From the NCBI GenBank assembly GCA_013265495.1, contig MU058533.1, positions 62,001 through 126,000 of the forward strand: 64,000 nucleotides of DNA, in the 5' to 3' direction. The number at the start of each line of letters is the position of its first letter. The stretch's first letter is position 1. The stretch is from Vicugna vicugna. Taxonomy: Eukaryota. This document shows, one piece after another, positions 29,147 to 41,935 of the stretch. Made by a program: the position numbers and the translations under genes. The notes beneath the pieces were generated by a model. The model worked only from the letters and a program-made list of their open reading frames with translations. It searched no databases and was not told the origin of the DNA.

Positions 29147-31734
29147 AAAATTCATTAGTTGATTGCACAACCCAAAGAATGAGCTCTAATGTAAACTGTG
29201 GACTTTAGTTAATAACAGAGTTGTCTATATTGTTTATATTGTCTCATAATGGTTTATATAGCCAATAATGTCTATATTGGCTCATAAATCACAACAAATA
29301 CATCACACTAATGCAAGATGCTGAAGGGGTATGTTGGAACTCTATACTTTTTGGGTAATTTTTCTGTAAACCTAACATTGTTTTAAAAAATAAAGTTTAT
29401 TAAAAATTAGTTGAAATTGATGAGAAATTAATTAAGATGCTTCCATTGGTGGGAGGCATATTTTGGGGCACAGGCAGTTATTCCCTTTCTTGATCTGGGT
29501 TATGGTGACATGTGTGTGTTCAGTTTGCAAAAACTCCAGTTCTAGAATGTGCACCTTCCTATACCTATTATTACACTTCAACTGAAAAAATTAAAAATAA
29601 AATGAAAAGTCGTTTGGGGATTGTGTGACCCTTTCAAATGTCTTTTGGATTCAAATCACAGCTCTGTCCCTCCCCAAGTAAGCAGCCTGGAGTGAGTGAG
29701 GTCCCCATCCTCAGTTTCCATTTTCCAGTCTGCGAAATAGGTTGATAATAACAGGACCTACCTCCCAAAGTTGGTTGGAATACTTCCATAAGATGAGGCT
29801 TGGCACATAAGATGCAAAATTTCAGCCATCATTCCTCTTTCTATTACGATTTTGTAAAAGTGAAAGAAATTCAAAGCTGACACTCTCAGGATGCTTTGGG
29901 AGGCTGGCACGCCCACTTCTTTCTGTACCAGCCCCAAGTCTCATCCCAGACGCCAGGCAATGTCCTCAGCAGCCCCGCCCTGGCAGAGGTGGCCCTGCCT
30001 GCCCTGCTGGGACAGGCATTATCTAAAGATGGAAGTGCCAGCACCTGGCTCCGAGGCAGACCCACGCCCAGGAAGCACTGGTTTGTCAGGTTAGCCTGGC
30101 CGCCAATCAGGGACTTGTCATACTAGGTGTGTGGGCTCATGAGAAGGAATGCAGTAATGTGGACCCTGGCCCACCAGAAACCACATCTCTGCCTCTCCTT
30201 GAACTTCAGGTACTGTACATATTTCCCTCCATGACAGCCTCAGCCAAGCACCCCATACTGGCCCCACCTCCCTACATCCCAGCTCTGCTCTCCTCTGTCT
30301 CATCAAAACAGCCTGCCCCCACCCTGGTTCATGGTACCCCTTTGACTTCCTCTATGCCAAAGGGCTCCCCACCCAAGACTTATATCCTTCCAAAGTGCCA
30401 GGCCCCAGGAGGTCTGAGCCATGAGGGGCCTACCCCAAACTTCTGGGGTTCTGAGAAAGCACTTCAGGGGCAGTAATGAGGGCCAGGCCAAGTTGTCAAG
30501 ACCAGGATGGGAAGCAGGAAGTCTCACTGCGGCTTTGGGCATATTATAAGCTTTTGCAACAGATTCTTTGGCCCAAAGGAGATCCTGGCAGAGAAAGAAA
30601 CAAAAAAACTACTGGTAATCTAGATCATTCCAGGGCTGCAATTGTCTTCGCTTACCATCCTCATCAAGTGTGGCCACGCGTGGACGTGGGCCTCGGAAAG
30701 GAAGTGGAAGAGCTCTGCCTCTCAGCTGTGTGATCTCAGGTGAGTGTCTGCAGCTTTTGGAGCCTCAGTCTCCTCATCCATAAGACAGGAGCCATATTAC
30801 CCACCTCAAGGGGCTAAGATGACCGCGCGGCATTTTTCACATGCTCAGCTCAGTGCTTGATCGGGGACAGTAAGTCCACGATCAAAGGTACCTCTCAACG
30901 GCCATCACATTCATTATTATTACCCAAACATCTGGGATTTGGAGAATCAGGCCAAAGTCTTGGCAGGGAGGAGAGATGGGCTCCCCTTCTCTGAATGTCT
31001 CCAGAGTCATCCAAGCCCTTCTGTGGCTACCAACCCAGGTCACAGCCAGAGCTAATGTTACTACTCAGAAACCCAAGCTGGGCTATGAGAGAGGCTGGGC
31101 CATCGGAAAGTGCCCAGGATTTGGGGGTCAGCCAGAGCTGGTCTGTTCAAATCCCAGCTCCCCCACTGTCTCCCTGTCTCCCTCCCACCTCCAGCCTGAG
31201 GCTCAGCGGCTGGTGGACCTCAGCTGCTTTACATACCTGGTTGGGCTGTCTAGCCAGCCCCTGATTCAAGGGCCGAGGGCCAGGCCCCTGGGACACCAAG
31301 GGGCATTATTTCTCCAGCATCTAACAAGCACCTGCTGGGACCGACTGCAGAACCTCACGCAACCCTCACAGCCCATTCTGGGGGCCCAGGAGGGCATCCT
31401 CTTCTCATAGAGGAGCACTTGGAGGCTCTGTGCCTGCCGTGGATGTGTAGATGGACTGTGGAGACCATGGGACCACAAGCCTCAAGTCCATCCGTGGGAC
31501 GCTTACCCTCTCCTTTAGGACAGTGAGGAGTGATGGAGTCCCAGTGACCCAGTCAGCCTTAAGGAGGTATCACAAGGCTGGGCTTGAATCCATCTAAGAT
31601 GTCCTGATGGGGAGGGGATGTCTTCTTGAGGCCCTTCCCACCACGGACACCCGGAGAGAAGGCTACACCTAGGACTCGGAGGCGCACACAGAGGAAACCG
31701 CGCACAAATGCAGCGACGGTCGGGGACACACCCA

Positions 31735-31736
<2 letters not shown>

Positions 31737-31814
<78 letters not shown>
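31737..31814. repeat. Compound (CT)n(CA)n microsatellite in CYP4F22 intron 1
   Basis: Seen directly in the sequence. Confidence 0.95.
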
Positions 31815-31817
<3 letters not shown>

Positions 31818-32002
31818 AGAGCCCAGCACCGGCAGTCCGGTCCTGGGTCCTGGGGATCCCTGGGGCCACCTGTGCCCCCGCCTCGCAGACCTTCGCTCCC
31901 GCGCTACCGGCACCCGAGCTCCTGCGCCTCAGGTTACCCCGCAGGGCTGCGGCCACGCTCAGGTTACAGCACCCTCCCACCCCCGACCCCGGGGGCACTC
32001 AC

Positions 32003-32070
32003 TCTGCGGATCTCTGCCTCTGGCCCTCGATCTGGATCCGCCGGAGCCGGAGCAGCAACCTCAGCTCTGA
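32003..32070 (-). other. CYP4F22: CYP4F22 non-coding exon 1, inferred (TSS approximate)
   Basis: Donor AGA|gtgagt at 32002 inside a CpG island, ~30 nt downstream of a TATA-like GTTAAA. Confidence 0.65.
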
Positions 32071-33519
32071 CGGCTCCGTCTGGCCACCCGGCCCTTTAAC
32101 CCCGCCCGGCCTGCGGCTGCGAGAGGCCCGCCCCTGGCACTCCCCAGATCTCGCCAGCCTCTGGGTGGGGACAGAGGCGCGGCCCCCAGAGATGGAGAAA
32201 AGGAGAGACAGAGATGCAGAAACGTGGAGACAAAAAACGAAGACTGAGTTGGAGAGAGTGACAGCTGGAGAGATGGAGAGAAAGACACAGAGACAGAGAA
32301 AGAGACGTGCCAAGACACAAACACTTAAGACACCCAGAGGCCCCAAACCATCAGGCTTCCTGCCACCCTGTCCCTGCTTGGTTCCCATTAGCGCCCAGTT
32401 CCCCTGCTAGACCACTAATATCTCCTCCCATATCAACACCCCTGATGGCCTCCAATCCAGGGTCTGCTCCCAAGTTGGGACAGGGGTCCCTAAGCCAGCA
32501 CCCCTGGTGCCCCACCATCTTCCAGGAGCCTCTTCTGGGACCCCCCCAGAAATCCTTAGACTCCACTAGCCCTTGGGAGCCCGCCCTTCTACTCCCTCTG
32601 GATCCTGGGTCCAACCTACCTGCCTGGGGCTCTGCAACCAGCAGCAGCCTCTCCCTCCAGGAGCACCTCCAGCCTCAACAGGCAGCACAGACTCTGTTTT
32701 TGCTCCTCCCACTCCAGCCACCCACTGTCAGTCACCTTGACCCCTCCAACTAGCATGTTGGCCTTGGCCAGCCCATCTGCTCCAGATGTGCCCAGAGTCA
32801 GCCCCACTTCTGGATATACCACTCCCCTGGTGAATGGGCAGGTGGCTGACCTGGGCAAGTGGGCAGACAGGTGGGAGGACTCACAGCTAACCTCTAGCTC
32901 CTCACTGTGTCCCCAGGGCCAAGCAAATGACCTTGCACAGACCAGACACCCAAAAATAGTTGTCGAAGGGTGAGGGGAGGGGAGCCACTGAAGACTAGAG
33001 AGCAAAGGCCCAGACCATGCAGGCCCATCTAGGGAAACTGAGGCACAGGCTCAAGGAGAGACGTGACTGTCGGGTTCAGGCAGGGGCCGGGTCAGACAGT
33101 GGGAAGCCTGAAGCTATGATGCCCCTCTCTCAATGAGTTCCAGAGTTAAAACTACAGTAAACCATAAACAAGTTGAAAAGGGGGCAAAGAAGTTCAGATT
33201 TTTTTCCTCAGGATGATCACTCCAAAGCCTTTAAATTTCTCAAAAATAAATTCTTGATACAGTTACAGTTACAGACTTAGTGCCTGGTAGGGCCTGACTC
33301 TGGAGGCCAATCAGGCAAGAGGTCTGGTTAGCCTGGTGGAAGGGCCAAGAGATGGAGCAGGCCCAGAGTGGTGTTGGACACTCAGGGGACAGAGCCAGGG
33401 ACCAAGGCCAAATGCAAAGCCGTGGAGCATCATGGTTAGAGTATGGAGGCAGAGAGTTCAAGTGGCTTCATCTCTTACTTACTACGTGCCCACCTTAGAA
33501 GGTTGTCACAGTGCTTTAA

Positions 33520-33710
33520 GGCATTCGTTCTGACGCAAGGCAATTTTGCAACCCACCCCCCACAGGAGACATTTGGCAATGTTTGGCAATGTCTGGAGAC
33601 ATATTTGGTCATCACCCCCAGGGGCTGTGGTGCTACTGACATCTCGTGGGTAGAGGTCAGGGATGCTGCCAAACACACCAGAGCCAAATACTCTACAGTG
33701 CACACATACA
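33520..33710 (+). mobile_element. MER20-like hAT DNA transposon
   Basis: ggcaattttg...gacatttggcaatgtctggagac...gtgggtagaggtcagggatgctg. Confidence 0.75.
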
Positions 33711-33825
33711 CACACACACACACAGGTGAGCGTCTCACAGGAGAAAGTCAACACCCTGTTTCAAGGTGTGGGGAGCACTTTTGTTTTTAGCACAGTAAGC
33801 GCTAGGTAATTGCTGACTGCTGCTA

Positions 33826-33983
33826 TGGAGGTAACTAGGTTTATTTATTTACTTTTGTTTTTCAGGGGGAAGGAAATTAGGTCTATTTATTTAATCATTT
33901 ATTTGATGGAGGTACTGGGGATTGAACCCAGGACCTCATGCACGCTAAACATACACTCTAGCGCTGAGCTATATGCTCTCCCG
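33826..33983 (-). mobile_element. Vic-1-like SINE, double tail module
   Basis: ggaggtactggggattgaacccaggacctcatgcacgctaa...ctgagctata. Confidence 0.88.
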
Positions 33984-34704
33984 CTGAATGCTGTCATTAA
34001 CCACTGGGGAGCGTCCAGCCTTCTCCCTCACCAGCAAATCCTGATTGCTAACTCCATGTCCTAGTTCAGAGAAAGCAGCAACTTCCCAACCCAGTCCACG
34101 CGCAATCTCCAGTCAGGCAAATCCTGACTCTGTCTCTCCCTGAGACTGGGGTCTCCTTGGGGGTGGGCCCCAGGATCACCTGGCACTGGACTGGGCAGTG
34201 ATTGGCTCAGAATTAGTCCATGCAAGAGTGGAGGGCCCACTGTGTTCCAACCATTGTTTCAGATGCTGAGAATATGGCAGAGGATAAAAACAGACCAAAT
34301 CCCTGTCCTCATGGAACTGAGATTCAAGTGGGGAAACAGACACAGACATTTCCACCAGTGCAGGGTTGTAACGCAGGGTTTTGCGATGGGGAACAGGGGA
34401 TGCTACAATGTGAGGCTGGATATCAGGCCCCCGGCTGAAACACGAACAACAAGAATAAATGTTGAATCACGTTGTGCATTTCGAATATACACAACTTTAA
34501 TTTGTCAATTACACCTAAGTGAAGCTGGAAAGAAGAATAAATTTCGAATGAATGAATGAATTTTTACAAGTCTGAACCTCACAGAAACTTCTCTGGCTGG
34601 TTCTCAAATTGTGATACAACTACCCTTAGCTGTTAAGCTCCGTAATTTTAGATGCGCACTTGGAGGAACATTTTCTATTCTATGTGTTTATGTTAAATGA
34701 GAGT

Positions 34705-34839
34705 TTTTTTCATTTTTTTTAATTTTAGGGGGAAGGTAATTAGGTTTTTATTTATTTATTTTCAACCCCCATGGGGATTGAATCCCCAGGACCCCGTGCC
34801 TGCTAAGCAAGTACTCTACCACTGAGCTATACCCTCCCG
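34705..34839 (-). mobile_element. Vic-1-like SINE
   Basis: ...tgctaagcaagtactctaccactgagctataccctccc. Confidence 0.88.
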
Positions 34840-35688
34840 CTACTGAGAGATTTGTTTTGTTGTGTAGATGAAAAAATATATATTTGGCCTGAACATCAAA
34901 TCTGCAATCTCGTGGTTGTAGTAATAGCAATATAAATTTTGCTTAAAGTAAATGAGGCTTAAAAGGAAGAGCACTGAGTGAAAACTCTTAAGTATTAGTT
35001 AATTAAGGCAAAAATGGTGACAGATAATTTTCAATGGCTGAAATTTCAAGATCAAAAACCATCTATCTGGATTAAGACGAAGACAGAGGAGGAGACTGAA
35101 GATCTTTAAATTTGAGTTTTGAAAATATTAGGGCACTAATCTTTCCCAAATTCCAGAAAACAAGAAGCAGAAGGCTCAAAGCTTGAAGGATGGGATTCTA
35201 AAACAAGCATAAGATGTCTCATTTGCCCCAGCAGGTGGTAAACTTGAATGATTTCTTGATCCTTCTTCATTTCCATGAAGTTCTCACGAGGTGGCAAGGG
35301 TGGTAGGGGGCGGTGTTTTCAAGGTGAAGAAGAGGCAATGCAAATTATTGAAGCTCTGCTGCTCTGCTGGAGGAGGCAGAAGGGAGGTCAAGGCCACGTG
35401 AGGGATGTGACATCTGAGCCGGGACTTCAGGGAGAGGTTGGATTTCAACAGGTGCAGGACATGGGGCTCGGGCACAGAGAAACCGGAGTGTGTGGCTGGT
35501 TAGGTGGCTTTCCCTGGCCTTGGGGTGTAAGAGACAAGGAGGCTAGAAGGATGCAGGGCCTTGAAGGCCAGTCCAAGTGGCTGAGGGTTGATCTGGTGAG
35601 CAATGGGGAGCCATGGCCCATGCTTGAGCAGGGGAGAAGCCCTGCCCCAGCCCCCTGTTGGTTGGTTTGTTTTAAAGTACATTTGAGC

Positions 35689-35990
35689 AAACAGAAACAG
35701 ACTTACAGACATAGTAAACAAACTTATGGTTACCAGAGGGAAAGGGGGTGGGAAGGGATAAATTAGGAGTTCAAGATTTGCAGATATTAACTACTGTATA
35801 TAAAATAGATTTTAAAAAAACAAATTTCTGTATAGCACGGGGAACTAAATTCAATATCTTGTAGTAACCTAGAATGAAAAAGAATATGAAAACTGATATA
35901 TGTATGTATATGTATAACTGAAACATTATGCTGTATACCAGAAACTGACACAACATTGTAAACTGACTATACTTTGATTTAAAAAAAAAA
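35689..35990 (+). mobile_element. L1 3' end (same family as the copy at 58560)
   Basis: aaacagaaacagacttacagac...gctgtataccagaaactgacacaacattgtaaactgactatact plus A tail. Confidence 0.85.
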
Positions 35991-36404
35991 AAGTTAAGTG
36001 GTTAAAAAAAACAAAGAAAGGAAAAACATTGGAGCTTATTTATTTTTTTAGGAATGTGGAGGATGTCCGCAATGGTGACTAGCTGGATGCGGCTTTCCAG
36101 GGAACAGAGAAGGAGAGGAGAGGGTATCAGCCCATCTCTCTGCCCTTAGAGAGATGGAGACATGGAAGGAGGAGCAAGTTGAGGGGCCTGAAGATGGGGA
36201 ATCACTGAGAGTAGGCTTCCCGGCCACACGACCTTGGGCAAGTCATGTGACCCCTGTAAGCCTCCATCCGCAGAGAGATAAAGTGGAGGAGATGACCAAT
36301 AGATGAGATGCTGTTTGCAGGATGTTCAGCCCTGTTCTTGGCACAGAGTGTGCACTGGCCAAGCACCAGCACTTGAGTTTATGGTTTGATTTGGGCAATC
36401 CCGG

Positions 36405-36620
36405 AAGTTCTTTCAGCTGGAGCATATTGTCCCCACGGGGACATTTGGCAATGTCTGAAGATACTTTTGGTTGTCACACTGTGGAGGGGATGTGCTATAG
36501 GAATCTAGTGGGTGGGGGCCAGGGATGCTGTCCAACATCCTACAGTGCACAGGACGGCCCTCCCAACAGAGAATGATCAGGTCCCAAACGTCGACAGTGC
36601 CAAGGCTGAGAAACCCTGGG
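36405..36620 (+). mobile_element. MER20-like hAT DNA transposon
   Basis: ggggacatttggcaatgtctg...ccagggatgctg...gtgccaaggctgagaaaccctg. Confidence 0.8.
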
Positions 36621-37119
36621 TTACCTTGAGTCTAAAAGGCTCATGGGCTGTTCAGGGAGACACCCAGGAGGCAGGTAGGCCCATCATGAGAAAGGTGTCT
36701 GCAAGTCATGTATATTGGGACGACAGTGGATGCCAGGAAAGTGAGTCAGTGATGTCAGTCCAGAAGATGGACAGAGAAGAGGATGGAGAGGCAGAAGCAT
36801 TGATCACAGCTACATTTAGAAAGAGGACAGGCAGAGGCATGGAGATGGAAATGGGTCACATCTAGGAGGTTGAGGAAGAGTGATAATAAGTACCATCACC
36901 TGTGCCAGAGGTCAGGGAGCCCAAGCCCTAGGAAGAGATGGGGCTGAGCGGTTACCAGGTCACCAGAGTCCTCAGCGGTGGCCAGACTAGGGAGATGGTA
37001 CCAGAAAGACATCTGGATGTGGGTAAATGTGGAGTGTGGCAGGAGTGTGGGGAAGGGCTTTTCCTAAGGGCTCCAGAAGCCCCCAGCAGACTTGAAGGGG
37101 CAGAGATTAAAAGAAGAGA

Positions 37120-37765
37120 GATGTCCTCATACGCTGTTGGCTGGGATGTAAAATGGTGCAGCCACAAGGGAAGAACAGTTAAGTGATTCCTTTCTGAGGA
37201 ACAGAATTACCATACGAACCAGCCAGTCCACTCCTAAAGAACTGAAAACAGAGACTCAAACAAGTACATGAACACACATGTTCACAGCCGCATTATTCAC
37301 AGTAGTCAGAAGGCAGAAACAGCCCAAGTGTTCATCAATGGGTGAATGGATAAACAAATGTGGTGTATTCATGCAATGAAATATCACTCAGCTATAAAGA
37401 AGAATGAAGTACTGATTCGTCTCCAGTGGGATGAACCTTGAAACCATTATGCTGAATGAAAGAAGCTGGACACAAAAGATCACACATTTATGATTCCACA
37501 TATGAAGAATCCAGAAGAGGTAAATCCACAGAGACGGAAGGCAGACTGGTGGTCACTAGAAGCTGGGGGAGGGGCAATAAGGAGTGAAGTCTATATGCAG
37601 GGGGAATAGATATGGACCTCCTTTTGGTGTGATGAAAAAAACTTTGGAACTAGGTCAAAGTGATGGTTGCACAACATTTGTGAATATACTAGATGCCACT
37701 GCATTGTACACTTTACAATGGTTAATTTTATATCATGTAAATTTAACCTCAATTAAAAAAAACAG
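37120..37765 (+). mobile_element. L1MB-like 3' region
   Basis: Typical L1MB 3' UTR motifs. Confidence 0.8.
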
Positions 37766-39336
37766 AGTTCTGGCAGGAAACAGAGCACTCAAATGGGGTA
37801 ATTTGAAAAGAGGTTAATAAAAGCATTGTTTTCAAAGGGATAGTGCAGCACCCCAGGACCTAGTGACAGCCAGGAACTATTACCACCCCAGGAGCTGGGA
37901 CCTACGGCAAAGGGGATAAGCAGTTATCAGAACTTGGACCAGATAGGACTATGTGGAGAGGACTGTCTGGCAGGAGCTGTGAACACTTGGTCGAGAGACA
38001 CAGCCAGCCTGTATGGACCACACAGGAAAGGAGATGAGGTATTAATACACTTACCTCTCTCTCCTCCCTCCCTCCTATACCTGCTGTGGCTCCCTATTGG
38101 TTGAACCCAACTGCAAGCCACAAAGCAAAAGGCCTATTGAGTGGTCCATACAAGTCAGCCTCCCAGGAGACAAAATAGTGGGTAGAAGGGTAGAAAAGAG
38201 ACCAATTGAGATTTGAAGCAAAGATGAGAGTAGTTCAGGAGTGTGGGGTGGATGGAGGGGCAAACGGCCCTTTCCAACTCATCACTCACCACTCTTCTTG
38301 CTCACAGTCTACAAACCAGCCATTTTTGCCAAACCCACCAAGGCCATCTCTCCCACCTCAAAGCCTTTGCACATACTGTTCCTCCTGCCTAAAATTCTGT
38401 TCCCCCTCATGAGTCTCAATTAACTCCTACTTAACCTTCAGGCCTCAGTTCAGAGGCCATTTTCTCAGAGGGCTTCCCCAGCTTCTGACCTCAGTTTAAG
38501 ACCATACTCAAGGCAGCCACAGTCCCTGGGTGTCCTCAGTCACAGCAAAATTACTCTTGGAATGATTTGTTGAGCCACTGTCTCCCCCTGGACAGGGATG
38601 TGAGCTCCATGTGGGAAGGTAAATAAGGTCTTTTTTCATTCCCTGCCTTTTCCCCTGCCCCAGCTGGCAGAGAGCACGTGTTCATTCAACAGACATCAAG
38701 TTGCCAAAGAGTACCAGGGGTTGCTCTACAGTGAACAAAACAGAACACATTCCTGCTCTCTGGATACTATATAAAGCATGTGACTAGAAACATAATTTAA
38801 GAGACTATGCTATGTGATACATGTTTCCTAGGAGAAAAAATCTAGCAAGTTAAGGAAATGAGGAAGGCTTCTCTGAAGAGGTGACATTTGAGAAGAGAGC
38901 AGAAGAGAGGGAGGAAGATAATGTGAAGGAAGCGTGTTCCAGGCAGAGGGAAAGGGCCTGAGACTGGACTGCACCTTGCGGAACAGCCAAGAGACCAGGG
39001 AGGCTGGAGCAGAGTGAGTGAGAGGGAGAACTGGAGGAAAAGAGCGCTGGGAGGTTACAGTGTAGATTGTGCAAGTCCTGATGGGTCGCTGGAAGAACTT
39101 AGGTTTTTACCCTGAGAAAGGTAGAAGCCATGGGGGGGTCTGAGCAGAGGAGGATGAGGCCTGACTTACCTTTTAACTGGCTTCTGGCTGCAGTTTTAAT
39201 GGTCAACTAAAGGGGCAGCTGGCAGGATATGCTGACAGATCAGATATGATGTGAGAGAAGGAGAGAAGTCACCAGTGTCATCAAAGGTTTTGGCCTGGGC
39301 CACATTCTGGAATTTTCAATGGAGAATAAGAAAAAA

Positions 39337-40986
39337 GGTTTCTATGGTTTCAGGTCTTACATTTAGGTCTTTACAGCACTTTGAGGTGTTTTTTTGTTGT
39401 TTTGGGTTGGTGTTTGTTTGTTTTGGTGTATGGTGTAAGGGAATGTTCTAATCCCATTGTTTTACATAAGACTGACCAGCATTCCCAGCACCACTGGTTG
39501 AAGAGACGGTCTTTTCTCCAGTGTCTATTCTGGCCTCCTTCATCCTAGATTAATTGACCACAGGTGTGTAGTCTATTTCTAGGCTCTCTATTCTGTTCAG
39601 TTGATTCGTTGATCTCAGTGTCTGTTTTTGTGCCAATACCACAGTTTGATTACTGTAGCTTTGTAATAGAGGCTGAAGTCTGGGAGGGTTATATCTCCAG
39701 CTTTGTTCTTTTTGCTCAGGATGGCTTTGGCAATTCTGGGTCTTTTGTGGTTCCATATATATTTTAGGGTGATTTGTTCTAGTTCTGTGAAAAATGTTCT
39801 GGGTAACTTGGTATGGATCGCATTAAATCTGTAGATTACTTTGGGTAGTATGGCCATTTTAGCAATACTAATCATTCCAATCCAAGAGTATGGGATAATC
39901 TTCCATTTCTATGAATCATGAAAAATTCAGTTTCCTTCATCAATGTTTTATAGTTTTCACAGCATAGGTCTTTCCCCTCCTTGGTTAAGTTTATTCCTAG
40001 GTTTTGGGGGCTTTTCTGATGCAATTTTAAATAGGATTCTTTTTCACTTTCTCTTTCTGATATTTTATTATTAGTGTATGGAAACACACTAGATTTCTGT
40101 ATATTAGTCTTGAACCCTGTAACCTACTGAATTGATTCATTAGTTCTAAAATTTGGGGGGTGGAGACTTTAGGGTTCTCTCTATGAAGTATCATATCTGT
40201 AAATAGTGACGATTTTACCTCTTGCCTTTCAATTTGGATACATTTTATTTCTTTTTCTTGTCTGATTGCCATGGCTAGGACTTCCAATACTATGTTAAAT
40301 AGAAGCAGTGAGAGAGGGCATTCTTGTCTTCTTCCCGAATTTAACGTGAAGGCTTTCCGCTTCCATCATTAAGTGTTATGTTAGCTGTGGGTTTGTCGTA
40401 AACAGCCTTTATTATGTAGAGATATGTTCCCTCTATGCCCACTTTGATGTTTTTATCATGAATACATGTTGAATTTAGTCAAATGCTTTTTCTGCATCTA
40501 CTGAGATGATCATGTGATGTTTATCTTTCCTTTTGTTAACGTGGTGCACCACACTGATTGATTTACACAGGCTGAACCATCTTTGTGACCCTAGAGTAAA
40601 TCCAACTTGATCATGATGTATGATCATTTTTATGTATTATTGAATTCAGTTTGTTAATATTTTGTTGCAGATTTTTGCATCTATATCATAAAAAATATTG
40701 GCCTATAATTTTCTTTTTTGCAGTGTCTTTGTCTGGTTTTGGTATCAGGACGATGGTGGCCGCATAGAAGGAGTTTGGGACTGTTCCCTCTGCTGCAATT
40801 GTTTGGAATAGTTTGAGAATGACAGGTATTCGTTCTTTATATGTTTGGTGGAAGTCCCCTGTGAAGCCGTCTGGTCTTAGACTTTTGTTTGCTGGGAATT
40901 TTTTATTGCAAATTCAATTTCACTTCTAGTGATTGTCTCAACTTGTCTGTTGCTTCTTGACTCAGTGTTAGCAGGCTGTATGTTTC
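39337..40986 (-). mobile_element. L1 ORF2 fragment (decayed RT region), antisense
   Basis: Minus-strand peptides [55 protein letters not shown] and [14 protein letters not shown]. Confidence 0.93.
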
Positions 40987-41486
40987 AGACAGAGAGGGGT
41001 GGATGAAAGGGAGAGCACTTCCCAGGGAGGAGGAAGACCATAGCGATAAAGACCCAGGTGGAGATGCTTTGGCGTAGGTGGAGGGAGGAGAGGCCCTGGT
41101 CCTCAGAAACTAGAGAGGTGGAGACCGTGTTACCCTAGAAATGGGGGCGCTGCTGGGGAGTGTGGGGAGTTCAGAGGACCAAGGTGCAAGGACCTCACCC
41201 TCTGGAGGCAGTGCGGTGACTCCTCTCCCGCCTAGGCAGAATCCTAGTAATCCAGTCACCCTGGAGAAGGTGCAATGAGTGGTAGGGAACAAGATGATCT
41301 TTCTCACCTCTGCCTAGAGTGACTCAGCACCCTCGCATCCTCCACACGCACCCATCTCCATTTCCCCATAGTGCGGGGAGGATTAATCTCCACCTCCCTG
41401 TACTAGGGCCCAGGGACACAGGATTTGTGAAGTACATGGTGAATGACACTGCTGACATCAAGGATATTTCATTCTGTTCTCGTGTA

Positions 41487-41935
41487 AGCCAATCAGACTC
41501 TATCTTCCTATACCTCAGCCAATTAAATGCACTCCTATCCCTCAGCCCATGAACCTCCAATCCCGTGTCTTATCCAATTAGACTCTGCTCTCTTCCCCCT
41601 TGGTCACTCCTAACCCGCAGCCAATCAGACTCTGCCCTCCCCCCTTCAGCCAATCTGACACTTTCCTGCTTCTCAGACTAGACTCCACCCTCCTGTTCCT
41701 TAGCTAAACTACTCATGGAATCCTCAGCCAATCAGACTCCCATCTCCTACTTCCCAGCCTATCAGACTTGTTCTGTCTTTGCACCTAACCAATTACTTCC
41801 ACCTTCCAGTCCCTCAGCTAATCAGGCTTGGCCCCCCTCCCCACCTCAGCCTATCAGAAACAACCTTCTTATCTCTAAGTCAATAAGAATGCCCCTTTTA
41901 GGAAAAGCCCCCAGTAGACCTGGTTCTGCCAATTA
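41487..41935 (+). repeat. Degenerate ~30-bp tandem array with CAGCCAATCAGACTC core
   Basis: Nine exact CCAAT plus several variants, all on the + strand. Confidence 0.8.

Larger units (their letters stand above)
31630..32200 (-). promoter_or_regulatory. CYP4F22: CpG-island promoter of CYP4F22
   Basis: High CpG density; TATA-like GTTAAA at 32100-32095; GC boxes GGGCGGG at 32101-32107 and ~32127-32133. Confidence 0.7.

Noticed and set aside
39550..40287. Reverse-transcriptase-like ORFs as a novel RT system
   Set aside because: These are ordinary frameshifted L1 ORF2 fragments.
41487..41935. CCAAT repeat-spacer array as a CRISPR-like array
   Set aside because: The repeats are short and degenerate, the spacers are low-complexity, and the context is eukaryotic with no cas genes.
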